NCBI GenBank assembly: GCA_964406475.1
Contig: CAYORS010000002.1
Location: forward strand, 1,598 to 65,597
From: an uncultured Candidatus Saccharibacteria bacterium
Lineage (GTDB): Bacteria > Patescibacteriota > Minisyncoccia > Phycocordibacterales > CAIRYW01
Reading direction: 5' to 3'
DNA length: 64,000 nucleotides
Positions 1 through 10,519 of the stretch are shown piece after piece. Within the stretch, counting starts at the first letter, position 1, and every line of letters begins with the position of its first letter. The notes under the pieces are model-generated. The model was not told the origin of the DNA. It did not search any database and worked only from the letters and a program-made list of their open reading frames with translations. The position numbers were made by a program, and so were the translations under genes.

Positions 1-2579
1 AATCTCTTTCGGATAACCTCAAAGGTAAACGAGGACTCTTCCGACAAAATCTTTTGGGTAAACGAGTAGACTACTCTGGACGATCTGTTATCGTTGTGGG
101 TCCAGAACTTAGCCTTGATCAATGTGGTCTTCCAAAAAATATGGCTCTCGAAATGTTTAGACCATTCGTTATTGCGGATATTTTGAAACAAGAACTTGCA
201 TACAATATTCGAGGTGCTTCACGACTCATTGAAGAAGGGATACCCGAAGTATGGGCGATTCTTGAAGATGTTATCAAAGACAAATACGTACTTTTGAACC
301 GTGCTCCAACACTTCACCGACTTGGTATTCAAGCTTTTAGACCAGTGCTTATTGAAGGATCTGCTATCCGTGTTCATCCACTTGTATGTACTGCGTTTAA
401 CGCTGACTTCGACGGAGATACTATGGCTGTTCACGTTCCTCTTTCTTTGGAGGCACAGCTCGAGGCAAAAAACATAATGGCAGCAGACAAAAACATCTTG
501 AAGCCAGGAAGTGGAAACTTGATTGCATCTGTGGACAAACAAGATATTGTGCTTGGGTGTTATTGGATGACACAAATGATAGATGGAGAGAAAGGTGAAG
601 GGAAGTATTTTGAGTCATTCGCGAGTGCGATTGCTGCACTCAACTTTGGTGTTATTTCGTATCAAGCAAAAATAAAAACTCTTGCTCCGGAAGGAGAAAA
701 ATTCAAAGAGTTTGGAGGAAAGTATTTTGAGACGACAGTAGGACGAATCCTTTTCAACGAACTTCTTCCAGATGACTATCCTTTTGTTAATAAAGAAACT
801 GACAAAAAGACAATGGCAGGAGTGATGAGTGATCTTATGGTGCGATATGGAGTAGAAAATCTTGCAAAAACTTTGGACAAAGTAAAAGCGTTTGGATTTA
901 AGTATGTAACAGCATCTGGAGTGACCTTTGGTATTGATGACGTAAAAGTTCCTGAAGGTAAAAAAGCGACTGTAGAAGAAGCTATGAACCAATCAGAAAT
1001 GGTGAACGAGCAATTCAACGAAGGTCTTTTGTCAGAAGAAGAAAGGGTTCGCAAAAATATTGAAATCTGGCACGGTGTTAAGAGTAAGATTGAAAAGATG
1101 GTGATTGACAATCTTGATAAAAAAGGATCTGTATACAGAATGTTCAAATCTGGTGCTCGAGGTAGTGCTGCACAGATTACACAAATGGCAGGTATGAAAG
1201 GACTCATCCAAAGTGCGTCAGGTGAGACTTTGGAGCTTCCTATTATGTCTTCAACAAAAGAAGGTTTCAACCCAATTGAATACTTCATCAACACACATGG
1301 TTCTCGTAAAAACCTTGCTGACACAGCTTTGAATACCGCAAAGGCTGGATACCTTACACGACGACTTTTCGTTGCTGCGCAAGATGTTTTGATTGTTGAA
1401 GATGATTGTGGTGTCAAAGAAGGAATTGTCATTCGTAAAGAAACTGCTTCAGGTATTGAGACACCGATATCTAAAAGTATCAAAGGACGAGTGCTTCTTG
1501 CATCAGTTCTTAATTCAGAAGGAAAAGTTATGTTTGAAAAGAATCATATTTTGTCTGGATTTGATGCTGAGCTTATTGAAAAGGCGGGTATTGAAGAAGT
1601 GTCTGTACGATCGCCTTTGACATGTAAATCTGTTGATGGTATCTGTGCGCTTTGTTATGGTATGGATCTTGGTAAAAACAAAAAAGTAGATATCGGAGAA
1701 GCTGTGGGAACTGTGGCTGCGCAAGCGATTGGAGAACCAGGAACTCAGCTATCGATGAACACAAAACATACAGGAGGTGCTGCTTCTGCGGGTGGAGATA
1801 TTATTCAAGGTCTTCCTCGTGTGGAAGAAGTGTTCGAAAAGAGACGACCAAAAACTCCTGCTGTTGTAGCGTATGCTGACGGTGTTGTGACTGATATAAA
1901 AGATGATGGAAAACAAAAAGTTATTACTATCACACCAACTCTTGGAGAAAAATCAAAATCAAAGAAAGAAAGTGGAGAATATATTATTCCACGTATCCGA
2001 GTTATTCTTGTTCGAGTCGGAGATTCTGTCAAAAAGGGAGATGTGATTACTGACGGTTCTGCTGATATTGATGAACTCTTTAAGTACGCAGGTAAAGAGC
2101 GTGCAGAAGAATACATCATTAGTGAAATCAAAAAACTTTATGAACTCCAAGGAGAACCTGTATCACGAAAGCATATTGAAATCATTGTTCGACAAATGTT
2201 TTCACGAGTAAAGGTAAAATCATCAGGAGATACAGCGCTTGTGGGTGGTGATATTATTGAGAACTCAGAATTTGATGAAGCAAACGCTTTGGCTCGTGGT
2301 GAAGGTAAAACAGAAGCAAAAGGTGAAGCTATAGTATTGGGTATTACTGATGTGTCACTCTCTCGAAAGAGTTTCCTCTCTGCCGCATCATTCCAGCACA
2401 CAACTCGTGTACTCATTCAAGCATCAGTTGAAGGCTCAAAAGACAAGCTTAAGGGACTTATGGAAAATGTGATTTTGGGACGACTCATTCCTGCAGGATC
2501 TGGTTTTAAGGGAAGTGAAAAATCACAAATGATTGATGAGCTCAAGGCTACATTTACTGACGAAGCATCTGTAGAGTAG
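1..2579 (+). CDS. rpoC: DNA-directed RNA polymerase subunit beta' (5'-partial; frame is open from the window start)
   Basis: [26 protein letters not shown], catalytic [22 protein letters not shown]; upstream of the called start the frame reads [18 protein letters not shown]. Confidence 0.99.
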   Translation, partial: SLSDNLKGKRGLFRQNLLGKRVDYSGRSVIVVGPELSLDQCGLPKNMALEMFRPFVIADILKQELAYNIRGASRLIEEGIPEVWAILEDVIKDKYVLLNRAPTLHRLGIQAFRPVLIEGSAIRVHPLVCTAFNADFDGDTMAVHVPLSLEAQLEAKNIMAADKNILKPGSGNLIASVDKQDIVLGCYWMTQMIDGEKGEGKYFESFASAIAALNFGVISYQAKIKTLAPEGEKFKEFGGKYFETTVGRILFNELLPDDYPFVNKETDKKTMAGVMSDLMVRYGVENLAKTLDKVKAFGFKYVTASGVTFGIDDVKVPEGKKATVEEAMNQSEMVNEQFNEGLLSEEERVRKNIEIWHGVKSKIEKMVIDNLDKKGSVYRMFKSGARGSAAQITQMAGMKGLIQSASGETLELPIMSSTKEGFNPIEYFINTHGSRKNLADTALNTAKAGYLTRRLFVAAQDVLIVEDDCGVKEGIVIRKETASGIETPISKSIKGRVLLASVLNSEGKVMFEKNHILSGFDAELIEKAGIEEVSVRSPLTCKSVDGICALCYGMDLGKNKKVDIGEAVGTVAAQAIGEPGTQLSMNTKHTGGAASAGGDIIQGLPRVEEVFEKRRPKTPAVVAYADGVVTDIKDDGKQKVITITPTLGEKSKSKKESGEYIIPRIRVILVRVGDSVKKGDVITDGSADIDELFKYAGKERAEEYIISEIKKLYELQGEPVSRKHIEIIVRQMFSRVKVKSSGDTALVGGDIIENSEFDEANALARGEGKTEAKGEAIVLGITDVSLSRKSFLSAASFQHTTRVLIQASVEGSKDKLKGLMENVILGRLIPAGSGFKGSEKSQMIDELKATFTDEASVE

Positions 2580-2586
2580 TAGCTAA

Positions 2587-2702
2587 AATCAACAATTATC
2601 AATAATCAATAACCAAACAATACATACTTATCAAAGTTTTAATAATTTAAACATTGATATCTTATGTATTGTTTGATAATTGAAATTTGGTTATTGGTCA
2701 TT
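2587..2702. repeat. AT-rich imperfect palindromic intergenic element, copy 1
   Basis: caaacaatacata/tatgtattgtttg and caataaccaaa/tttggttattg arms; shares its start (aatcaacaat.atcaa) and end (ggttatt) with 57198-57298. Confidence 0.5.
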
Positions 2703-2749
2703 ATGATCTGTTTTAAGTCATTGTTACTTGTAACTTCTAAACTTAAATA

Positions 2750-4441
2750 ATGTCCACCACAGTTCAAAATATAAAAGAAAGACTTTCGATTGTTGAAATT
2801 ATTTCTTCTTACATTGATATTGAAAAATCAGGAAGTAATTTTAAAGCAAAGTGTCCTTTTCATCATGAAAAGACAGCGTCTTTTTTCATCTCTCCTGATA
2901 GAGGGAGTTATTATTGTTTTGGTTGCGGGGTGAAAGGGGATATTTTTACATTCGTTCAAGAATTTGAAGGGATTGATTTTTTGGCCGCACTCCATATGCT
3001 TGCTTCGAAAGCTGGTGTTGTAGTAGAGAAAAAACAAAAAGATCAAGAAGGGGAAGATAAAGAAGTGCGATTATATCGTATTCTTGAAGATGCGACTGTG
3101 TTTTTCCAGACCAAATTAAAAGATAATATGGAAGCTTTGTCTTATCTCAAAAAACGAGGTCTCGAGATTGAAACCGTTCGTTTATGGAAGATTGGTTTTG
3201 CTCCGAATGAGTGGAGGGAGCTTAAAACATACCTTCTACAGAAAGGATATTCCGAAGAGGAAATGCTTGTTTCTGGTCTTATCAAAAAACCCGAACAAGG
3301 AGAAAGTTATGATCGTTTTCGTGGGCGAATTATGTTTCCTTTGTGTGACACTTTAGGACGAGTAGTTGCGTTTTCGGGAAGAATTCTTAATCCATCCAAA
3401 GATGATGAGGCAAAGTATTTGAACAGTCCTGATACACCTTTGTTTGACAAGTCTAAACTTTTGTATGGTTTTAATTTTGCAAAATCAGAAATTCGCAAAA
3501 AACAAAGTGTTATCCTTGTTGAGGGGCAAATGGATCTTTTGATGTCACATCAGGCTGGAGTCATAAATACTGTTGCATCATCAGGTACGGCGCTTACACA
3601 GGAACATCTGCTTCATCTACGACGTCTTACGGATAGAATTATTATTGCGTTTGATGCCGATAATGCGGGACAGAATGCAACACTAAGAGCATGGAAGCTC
3701 GCATTGAAGGAGGGGTTTGTTGTTCATATAGTCAATCTGCCTTCAGGACTTGATCCTGCTGATAGTATACTCAAAGATAAGAATATTTGGATTGAGGCGA
3801 TTGCAAAGTCCCAAGGTGTTGTTTCGTATTTTATTGACATCATGAAATCAAAATCTGGCAAAGATGCTGATGATATTTTGAAACAGAAACTCTTGCCTTT
3901 GGTTAAGATGGTACAAAGCGGTATTGATCAGACTAGGTATCTTCAAGAAATCAGTTTTGCTTCTGGTATTGGAGAAAAGGTTTTGGAATCAGAAATGCAA
4001 AAAATAATAGATGAGGATGTTTCTTCGGTTCATACTGAAACAAAGGTTAATGAATCTCAAAAACGTATTCCTGAAGCACTTTCTTTTGCATTATATCTTG
4101 ATTCAAAAAAGCATCCATTTGCAGTGAAGTTTAAAGAACTTTTACTCCTTATTGATCCCGCTTATCAAAACAAAATCCCAAAAGATGAAAATTATATTTC
4201 TAAAATCCTTTTTGAAATAGAGATGCATTACGGCGATGTTTCTTTGGCAGAAAAAATTGGCAATACTCTTTTGTATCATTATGAAGAAAGTCTTCTTAAA
4301 GAAGATTTTGCAAAAACAATGGAGAGATTGAAACGCAGTGAACTTGTAAGGGATATTCCAAACGTTGAAAAAGAGCTCAAGCATTGCCAAGATATATCAA
4401 CCAAACTGTCGGGGTTATCAAAAAAATATGCAAATCCTTAA
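2750..4441 (+). CDS. dnaG: DNA primase
   Basis: CPFHHEKT...CFGC zinc finger, DRFRGRIMFP, KYLNSPDT, TOPRIM EGQMD and FDADNAG. Confidence 0.98.
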   Translation: MSTTVQNIKERLSIVEIISSYIDIEKSGSNFKAKCPFHHEKTASFFISPDRGSYYCFGCGVKGDIFTFVQEFEGIDFLAALHMLASKAGVVVEKKQKDQEGEDKEVRLYRILEDATVFFQTKLKDNMEALSYLKKRGLEIETVRLWKIGFAPNEWRELKTYLLQKGYSEEEMLVSGLIKKPEQGESYDRFRGRIMFPLCDTLGRVVAFSGRILNPSKDDEAKYLNSPDTPLFDKSKLLYGFNFAKSEIRKKQSVILVEGQMDLLMSHQAGVINTVASSGTALTQEHLLHLRRLTDRIIIAFDADNAGQNATLRAWKLALKEGFVVHIVNLPSGLDPADSILKDKNIWIEAIAKSQGVVSYFIDIMKSKSGKDADDILKQKLLPLVKMVQSGIDQTRYLQEISFASGIGEKVLESEMQKIIDEDVSSVHTETKVNESQKRIPEALSFALYLDSKKHPFAVKFKELLLLIDPAYQNKIPKDENYISKILFEIEMHYGDVSLAEKIGNTLLYHYEESLLKEDFAKTMERLKRSELVRDIPNVEKELKHCQDISTKLSGLSKKYANP

Positions 4442-4476
4442 TTTTATATTATTATTAGCTCACTATTTATAAAAAT

Positions 4477-5724
4477 ATGAAAAAAAACTCAAAAACAAAA
4501 AAGCAGAAAAAAGGACCATCAAAAGTAAATAAAAAGAAAGTTATTAAAAAGATAAAAAAGGTTATCAAAAAAAAGGCACCTCTCAAAAAGAAGGTTATTA
4601 AAAAAACTGCTCAACCTACAACAAAATCTGTTTCCAAAAAAGCCGTAGCAAAAAAAGATGATCTACAAAAAAGACTCGACCAACTTCTTGTGAAGGGGAG
4701 AGAAAGAGGTTTTGTGACATATGATGATATTCTCAAAGAGTTTCCTACTATTGAAGAGGATGTGATGTTTCTTGATTCTTTGTATGAAAAATTCAGTTCA
4801 TCAGGTGTTGATATTCTAGAGGGAGGAGGTTTACTTGAGGTGCATACTGATGAAGATGAATTTCTCAAAAAATACGCAGGAAGCAAGGGGGATGGCCATG
4901 ACTCCATTCAAATGTATCTCAAAGAGATTGGACATTACCCACTCATTCATGCTGCTGAAGAAAAAGATTTGGCTCGTCGTATTCAAGAAGGTGATGAAGA
5001 AGCAAAAAATCTTCTTGCCAAGGCTAACCTTCGTCTTGTGGTGTCTATTGCAAAAAAATACGTAGGACGGAGTGCGGACTTGACTCTTTTAGACTTGATT
5101 CAAGAAGGGAACCTTGGTCTTTTTAAGGCTGTTGATAAGTTTGACTGGTCAAAAGGTTTCAAGTTTTCTACCTATGCAACATGGTGGATTAGACAGTCTA
5201 TTACTCGTGCGCTCGCTGATCAGTCACGAACGATTCGTGTCCCGGTGCATATGGTGGAAACAATCGCAAAGTATAAACAAGTAGTACGACGTCTGTCACA
5301 AGATCTCGGACGTGATCCAATGCCTGATGAGATAGCGGTTGAAATGGGTCTTGATGTTGATAAGGTGTATCAAATAGAAAAGATTGACCAAGCGACAGTC
5401 TCACTTGATACTCCTGTAGGGGATGATGGTGATGACAAGACAACTTTTGGAGATTTTATTGCAGATGAAAAAATCCCAACCCCTGATCAAGAAACATCAC
5501 AAAAGATTTTGAGCGACCAAGTCAAAGAAATCTTGGACGATCTTTCTGAAAAAGAACGACGAATTCTTGAAATGCGACATGGGCTTATGGATGGTATACA
5601 GCACACACTCGAAGAGGTAGGCAAGACATTTGGAGTGACAAGAGAGCGTATTAGACAGATTGAGGCAAAAGCACTCGACAAGATACGAACACATGAGAAG
5701 GTAAGTAGATTGAGGAATTATTAA
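4477..5724 (+). CDS. rpoD: Primary sigma-70 factor with Lys-rich N-terminal extension
   Basis: [53 protein letters not shown]; follows dnaG. Confidence 0.97.
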   Translation: MKKNSKTKKQKKGPSKVNKKKVIKKIKKVIKKKAPLKKKVIKKTAQPTTKSVSKKAVAKKDDLQKRLDQLLVKGRERGFVTYDDILKEFPTIEEDVMFLDSLYEKFSSSGVDILEGGGLLEVHTDEDEFLKKYAGSKGDGHDSIQMYLKEIGHYPLIHAAEEKDLARRIQEGDEEAKNLLAKANLRLVVSIAKKYVGRSADLTLLDLIQEGNLGLFKAVDKFDWSKGFKFSTYATWWIRQSITRALADQSRTIRVPVHMVETIAKYKQVVRRLSQDLGRDPMPDEIAVEMGLDVDKVYQIEKIDQATVSLDTPVGDDGDDKTTFGDFIADEKIPTPDQETSQKILSDQVKEILDDLSEKERRILEMRHGLMDGIQHTLEEVGKTFGVTRERIRQIEAKALDKIRTHEKVSRLRNY

Positions 5725-5784
5725 TGTAGAAAATTCGCAAGAGCTACCCTTACTGATTCGGAATTTACTAATAAATAATATTTT

Positions 5785-6147
5785 ATGATAAAAGATATTG
5801 CGTTTGTGGGATATCCTACAAAAGATATAAAGAAAGCGCGTGAGTTTTATGAAGGTGTTTTGGGGTTTGTTCCTTCAGATGAGTTTGGTCCTATAACAGA
5901 TGAATCACATTTTATTGAATACCCAGTTGGTAACAGTACTATAGCTTTGGGGCAAATGGATACATGGCTCCCATCCAAAGATGGTCCGAGCGCTGCATTT
6001 GAAGTGGATAATCTAAAAGAACTTGTCGAGACAGTAAGGTCAAAAGGATATGAGGTGATGATGGAAGTTATGGAATTTCCCAATTGTTCTATGGGGATCG
6101 TCCGTGATGCAGATAGTAATATGGTCACCTTGCACCAAAAGAAATAG
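5785..6147 (+). CDS. VOC/glyoxalase family protein
   Basis: D..KAREFYEGVLG, AFEVDNL, RDADSNMVTL pattern; 120 aa. Confidence 0.85.
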   Translation: MIKDIAFVGYPTKDIKKAREFYEGVLGFVPSDEFGPITDESHFIEYPVGNSTIALGQMDTWLPSKDGPSAAFEVDNLKELVETVRSKGYEVMMEVMEFPNCSMGIVRDADSNMVTLHQKK

Positions 6148-6207
6148 CTTTGTTTGGGTTTGGATGTTTCTAAAGAAAAAATACCTATTTTTTGGTATAA
6201 TTTCTTT

Positions 6208-9150
6208 ATGTCACAAGAAATTTTTGATCATAAATATAGATCTCTAAATAAAGCCCAAAAGGAGGCTGTAGACACTATCTACGGACCTCTTATGGTCGTT
6301 GCGGGTCCTGGGACTGGTAAGACGACGCTTCTTACTCTTCGGATTGCAAATATTTTAAAACAAACAGACACATCTCCTGAACAGATTCTTGCTCTTACTT
6401 TTACAGAATCAGGAGCTAAAGCAATGAAAGACAAACTTCGAGAAATCATCGGAAGTGATGCTCTTAAGGTTAATATTTTTACTTATCACTCTTTTGCCGA
6501 GCAGATACTTCGTCGATACAATGACCATTTTGCTGAATTCAATAATTTCAGATTTATAAGTGAAGATGATGCTATATCTTTATTTGAAGAGATTATCGAC
6601 AAAGGGGATTTCAAAAACATCAAACCTTTTTTGAGTCCGTTTTTTCAAGTCAAAAACATTATTGGATACATCAAAGAATTAAAACGTGAATTTATAGATC
6701 CTGAGTCCCTTAAAAAACATATTGATACATATGAACAAGGATTACTCTCTGATCCAGAAAACTTTTCAACTCGTGGCAAAACAAAAGGTGAGATTAAGTC
6801 AACCGCTCGCTCAAAATTCAATATGATAGACAAAATGAAAGAGCTCCGAGAAGTGTTTGAAGAATACGAATCTCAAAAGCTCAAAAGAAAATTTTATGAC
6901 TTTGAAGATATTATCAACGAAGTGGTCAAGAAGGTATCTCAAAACGCGGATTTGCAATATGAAATAGCAGAACAATATCAATTTGTACTTGCTGACGAAC
7001 ATCAGGATGCAAATATGTCACAAAATCGAATACTGGATTTTTTTGGTTCTGTAGTCGATAGTCCCAATATTATGGTTGTAGGTGATGAAAAACAGGCAAT
7101 ATTTAGATTTCAAGGAGGCACACTTGAGAATTTCACTGGTTTCAAGGATAGATATCCAAGTGCAAAACTAGTGACACTGATCGATAATTTTAGATCACAT
7201 CAAAACATTCTTGATTACTCTTTTGGTCTTATCTCAAAACGAAGTGATCTACTTATCAACAAAGAAAATCTTCTCGCCAAAGGTTTGTACGTAGGAGAAG
7301 GTAAAATCACTTTTGCAACTTTAAGTGATAGAGAGAGTGAGTGTGAGTATGTAGGAGAAAGTATCAAAAAAATTCTTTCGGAGACACAGGGAGATACTGT
7401 TGCTGTGATCTTTAGAAAAAACAAAGACAAAGAACGTATTGCTCGAGTCCTCGAGACTCTCGGTGTGGATTATATATCTCATAGCGATAATGAGCTTTTT
7501 GAAGATAGGTATGCACTTGAAATAGTCAATATGATCAAAGTTTGTTGTGACCTGTCTCTCAATCAAAATATAGTAAAACTCCTTGCAAGTAGTATCTTTA
7601 ATATTACAATCGAAAAAATACATAAGATTAATAAAGATATATACGAATCAGGTCAAAGTGCTTTTGATGTGATATCACAATCAAAAGATTTAGAAATTCA
7701 GCATATTGTTCAGCACATAAGACACCTTGCTTCATATGCACTCAAAAACAGTCCTGTACTTTTTGTTGAAGAATTTGCCCGTACAACAGATTATTTAAAG
7801 ACATCAGATTCATCAGTTCTTGAACACAAACTTTCTATATTACGGGCATTTGCCAATATTGCTCGTCAGGTTGTGTTCAAAGAAGAGGATGCCAACATAC
7901 ATTCTTTGAATAATTTTATTGAAAAGGCAATTCTGTATGATATGAAAATCAGTATTCCTAAAGATTCTGATAATTCGCGTGTTGTGTTGATGACTGCACA
8001 CAAATCAAAAGGGCTCGAATTTGATAATGTTTTTATCATACATATGACTCATAATGAATGGGATAAAAGTGGTGGAAAAAATTATTTTATCCCTGTAATG
8101 GATTTGCTTGGTCTAAGCCAGGATGTGGAAGATATGGAAGATACTCGAAAGCTTCTGTATGTTGCTATGACACGTGCCAAAAAGAGTCTCACACTTACTT
8201 TTCCAAAGTATGGCATAGATGGAAAAGAAGAAAGCTTATCCGGGTTTGTCGATGAAATCGATACAACACTTCTTACACCTATCGTGATTGATAAAAAATC
8301 TTCGCTGCATTTTTTGCAGGATTCTGTGTCAAAAGAAAAAATACAGTTTTATAAAGATCTATTCTTGTCGCAATCGTTTTCTGTCACAGCATTCAATAAC
8401 TATCTTGATTGTCCTAATAAGTTTTTGTTCAACAACCTTTTAAGGTTTCCTTTCTCACTCAACATAAGTCTTGAAGTAGGAAATGCTGTGCATGAGTCAC
8501 TTGAAGAATATCACAATCTTATTCTTCGCAAAAAAGAACATACAAAAGAAATCTTGTTTGCACTCTTTGAAAAAAACCTCGACAAAAAATCAATTAGGGA
8601 AAAAGAAAAACAAAAAATAAAAAAAGACTACAAACAAAGCATTTTTGATTTTGTGGAACGCGGGGATTTGGGAGATACTACGCTGTTAAAAGCAGAATTT
8701 AGACTTGAATATGATTATGAGTTCGAATATCAAAACCAAAAACACAATATTTTTATAAAAGGTTCTGTGGATAGGGTAGACAGAATAGGAGAAGAATATC
8801 GAGTTATCGATTTTAAAACAGGCAAACCAAAATCAGAAAACGTTGTGAGGGGGCTCACACAAGATTCAGACGGCAATTACCTTCGGCAGATTATTTTTTA
8901 TAAAATGATTATGGAAATGATGGATAAGAATATGAATGTGTCTACCGGCGAGATTAATTTTATTCTAAATGATGATAAAGGGGAAAGGGTCTTTTATGAT
9001 TTTGCTCTTACGTCTGATATGGTCTCAAATCTCCAGAAAGAAATGAATGGGGTGTTGTGTGAGATTGTAAGTGGTGAGTTCTTGATTAAAGGATGTTACA
9101 AAGAAGATTGTGAATTTTGTTCCCTTCGCAAGAGCTTAAATGTTATCTAA
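6208..9150 (+). CDS. UvrD/PcrA-family ATP-dependent helicase fused to a C-terminal PD-(D/E)XK nuclease
   Basis: AGPGTGKT, DEHQD, VGDEKQAIFRFQG, NFRS, TAHKSKGLEFD, YVAMTRAK; nuclease GSVDRVD..IDFKTG; Cys pattern YLDCP...C...CEFC; ATG 6208 lies 6 nt after TATAAT. Confidence 0.93.
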   Translation: MSQEIFDHKYRSLNKAQKEAVDTIYGPLMVVAGPGTGKTTLLTLRIANILKQTDTSPEQILALTFTESGAKAMKDKLREIIGSDALKVNIFTYHSFAEQILRRYNDHFAEFNNFRFISEDDAISLFEEIIDKGDFKNIKPFLSPFFQVKNIIGYIKELKREFIDPESLKKHIDTYEQGLLSDPENFSTRGKTKGEIKSTARSKFNMIDKMKELREVFEEYESQKLKRKFYDFEDIINEVVKKVSQNADLQYEIAEQYQFVLADEHQDANMSQNRILDFFGSVVDSPNIMVVGDEKQAIFRFQGGTLENFTGFKDRYPSAKLVTLIDNFRSHQNILDYSFGLISKRSDLLINKENLLAKGLYVGEGKITFATLSDRESECEYVGESIKKILSETQGDTVAVIFRKNKDKERIARVLETLGVDYISHSDNELFEDRYALEIVNMIKVCCDLSLNQNIVKLLASSIFNITIEKIHKINKDIYESGQSAFDVISQSKDLEIQHIVQHIRHLASYALKNSPVLFVEEFARTTDYLKTSDSSVLEHKLSILRAFANIARQVVFKEEDANIHSLNNFIEKAILYDMKISIPKDSDNSRVVLMTAHKSKGLEFDNVFIIHMTHNEWDKSGGKNYFIPVMDLLGLSQDVEDMEDTRKLLYVAMTRAKKSLTLTFPKYGIDGKEESLSGFVDEIDTTLLTPIVIDKKSSLHFLQDSVSKEKIQFYKDLFLSQSFSVTAFNNYLDCPNKFLFNNLLRFPFSLNISLEVGNAVHESLEEYHNLILRKKEHTKEILFALFEKNLDKKSIREKEKQKIKKDYKQSIFDFVERGDLGDTTLLKAEFRLEYDYEFEYQNQKHNIFIKGSVDRVDRIGEEYRVIDFKTGKPKSENVVRGLTQDSDGNYLRQIIFYKMIMEMMDKNMNVSTGEINFILNDDKGERVFYDFALTSDMVSNLQKEMNGVLCEIVSGEFLIKGCYKEDCEFCSLRKSLNVI

Positions 9151-9152
9151 CT

Positions 9153-9185
9153 AAAAAAAACGCAAACTAATGTTTGCGCTTTTTG
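9153..9185. terminator. Bidirectional intrinsic terminator
   Basis: A-run, cgcaaac-taat-gtttgcg hairpin, T-run, between convergent genes. Confidence 0.7.
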
Positions 9186-9199
9186 ATGGTGTTTCTATT

Positions 9200-9928
9200 C
9201 TAATTTATGACTGCTTTATCGAGAGCGTTGTTTGATGGTGTGACTTCATTTATGAGGTCAACGAATTTCCAAAATGCATCATTGCCACCAAGTTCTGCGA
9301 CACACTCTGTTGCTTCTGCTTCTTTGGGTGATTTTGAATGAAGTTGTGAAAGGGGGAATTGACGGAAGACCCATGCGACTTTATCTTTACCATATTCTTT
9401 CATAACCTGCTGCATTGTTGTATGGAATCTTTTGCAAAACGGACATTCAAGGTCTGAATATTCAACAACTTTGACAGGAGCATTGATATCCCCCTGTATG
9501 TGGTCTGCACTTGTAACAGGAGACATTTTTTCAAGAGATGGGTTTGCTTTTGTTTCTTTGTCAGCAAGAGCCTGGTCGATTATTTCACGAACTTTTTCGA
9601 TAGGGAGGGCTCCAGAGATTGCATATTTTTTGCCTGTTGGACCAACGACAATACTCCATGGTGTCCCATTGCCTCCTGTAAGAAACGCTGCCGCGATAGA
9701 ATCGTTAATTGCTTTTGTGTATTTGCCACTTGCAAGACATTTTTCAAATTTGCTACTACTGACTCCTGATTTTTTGGCTAATGCAGAGAGTGTTGATTCG
9801 AGGGTTTGTGGTTTTGGTGTTCTGTTGACCCAGAGAATTGATAGTCCAATAAAAAGACCTGCAAGAACGATTGCAACAGGCATTGCAAGTACCTTGAGTA
9901 AATCTTTTTTGTGATGATGATGTTCCAT
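9200..9928 (-). CDS. Membrane-anchored DsbA/thioredoxin-family protein, circularly permuted
   Basis: N-terminal TM helix; EYSDLECPFC active site; the GTP cis-Pro segment lies before CxxC. Confidence 0.88.
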   Translation of the reverse strand: MEHHHHKKDLLKVLAMPVAIVLAGLFIGLSILWVNRTPKPQTLESTLSALAKKSGVSSSKFEKCLASGKYTKAINDSIAAAFLTGGNGTPWSIVVGPTGKKYAISGALPIEKVREIIDQALADKETKANPSLEKMSPVTSADHIQGDINAPVKVVEYSDLECPFCKRFHTTMQQVMKEYGKDKVAWVFRQFPLSQLHSKSPKEAEATECVAELGGNDAFWKFVDLINEVTPSNNALDKAVIN

Positions 9929-9939
9929 AATTATTTTAA

Positions 9940-10515
9940 TTAAAATGGCAATGAAAAAGTCATTGCACTGTGACTAATAATTTCCCAATCTTTCGTATCT
10001 ATTATAACACTCTTCACGCTATCCCCATCTTTATATTTTAGTTTTTTGTGTTTTAGTGCATATTCATAGACATCTTTGGTTACTTTCACATCTTGAAGAC
10101 AGTATTTGCGGATACTTTCTATATCACCCTTTTTCCACCATTCAACAGCTTGAAGACCGTGTCCGCTTTTACCTATACCAAGTGTTGCTTCTGCAATATT
10201 ACCAAGACCTATGCGTCTTCCAAGTGCCTTGCGAAATTCTACAAGAAGATCGAGAGATTTGATTTTTGTGAGATCGCCGTTGTAATACTTGTTCAAGAGA
10301 GGGATGTCGAAATGATCGCCGTTGAATGTAATGAGTACATCCGCAGCCTCGAGTAGTGGCCAAAGTTTAGGTAGATCTTCTACGAGATAGCTTGAGTATT
10401 CATCTGTCTCGTAGTCATACACTCCAACGAGAGAAATATCAAGCAGTGCAGGATCAGCTTTGCCTACATCTTCAAAAATATTTCGCGTTTCAATGTCGAA
10501 TACGATTTTTTTCAT
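9940..10515 (-). CDS. RNase H-like (DEDD/YprB-type) 3'-5' exonuclease domain protein
   Basis: FDIET, TFNGDHFDIP, YCLQDV motifs. Confidence 0.82.
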   Translation of the reverse strand: MKKIVFDIETRNIFEDVGKADPALLDISLVGVYDYETDEYSSYLVEDLPKLWPLLEAADVLITFNGDHFDIPLLNKYYNGDLTKIKSLDLLVEFRKALGRRIGLGNIAEATLGIGKSGHGLQAVEWWKKGDIESIRKYCLQDVKVTKDVYEYALKHKKLKYKDGDSVKSVIIDTKDWEIISHSAMTFSLPF

Positions 10516-10519
10516 AGAT

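Noticed and set aside
776-1483. Long antisense ORFs (235 aa here; also 19672-20238, 32188-32763, 48890-49498, 60664-61155)
   Set aside because: Opposite well-conserved genes with no recognisable motifs; expected antisense shadows.
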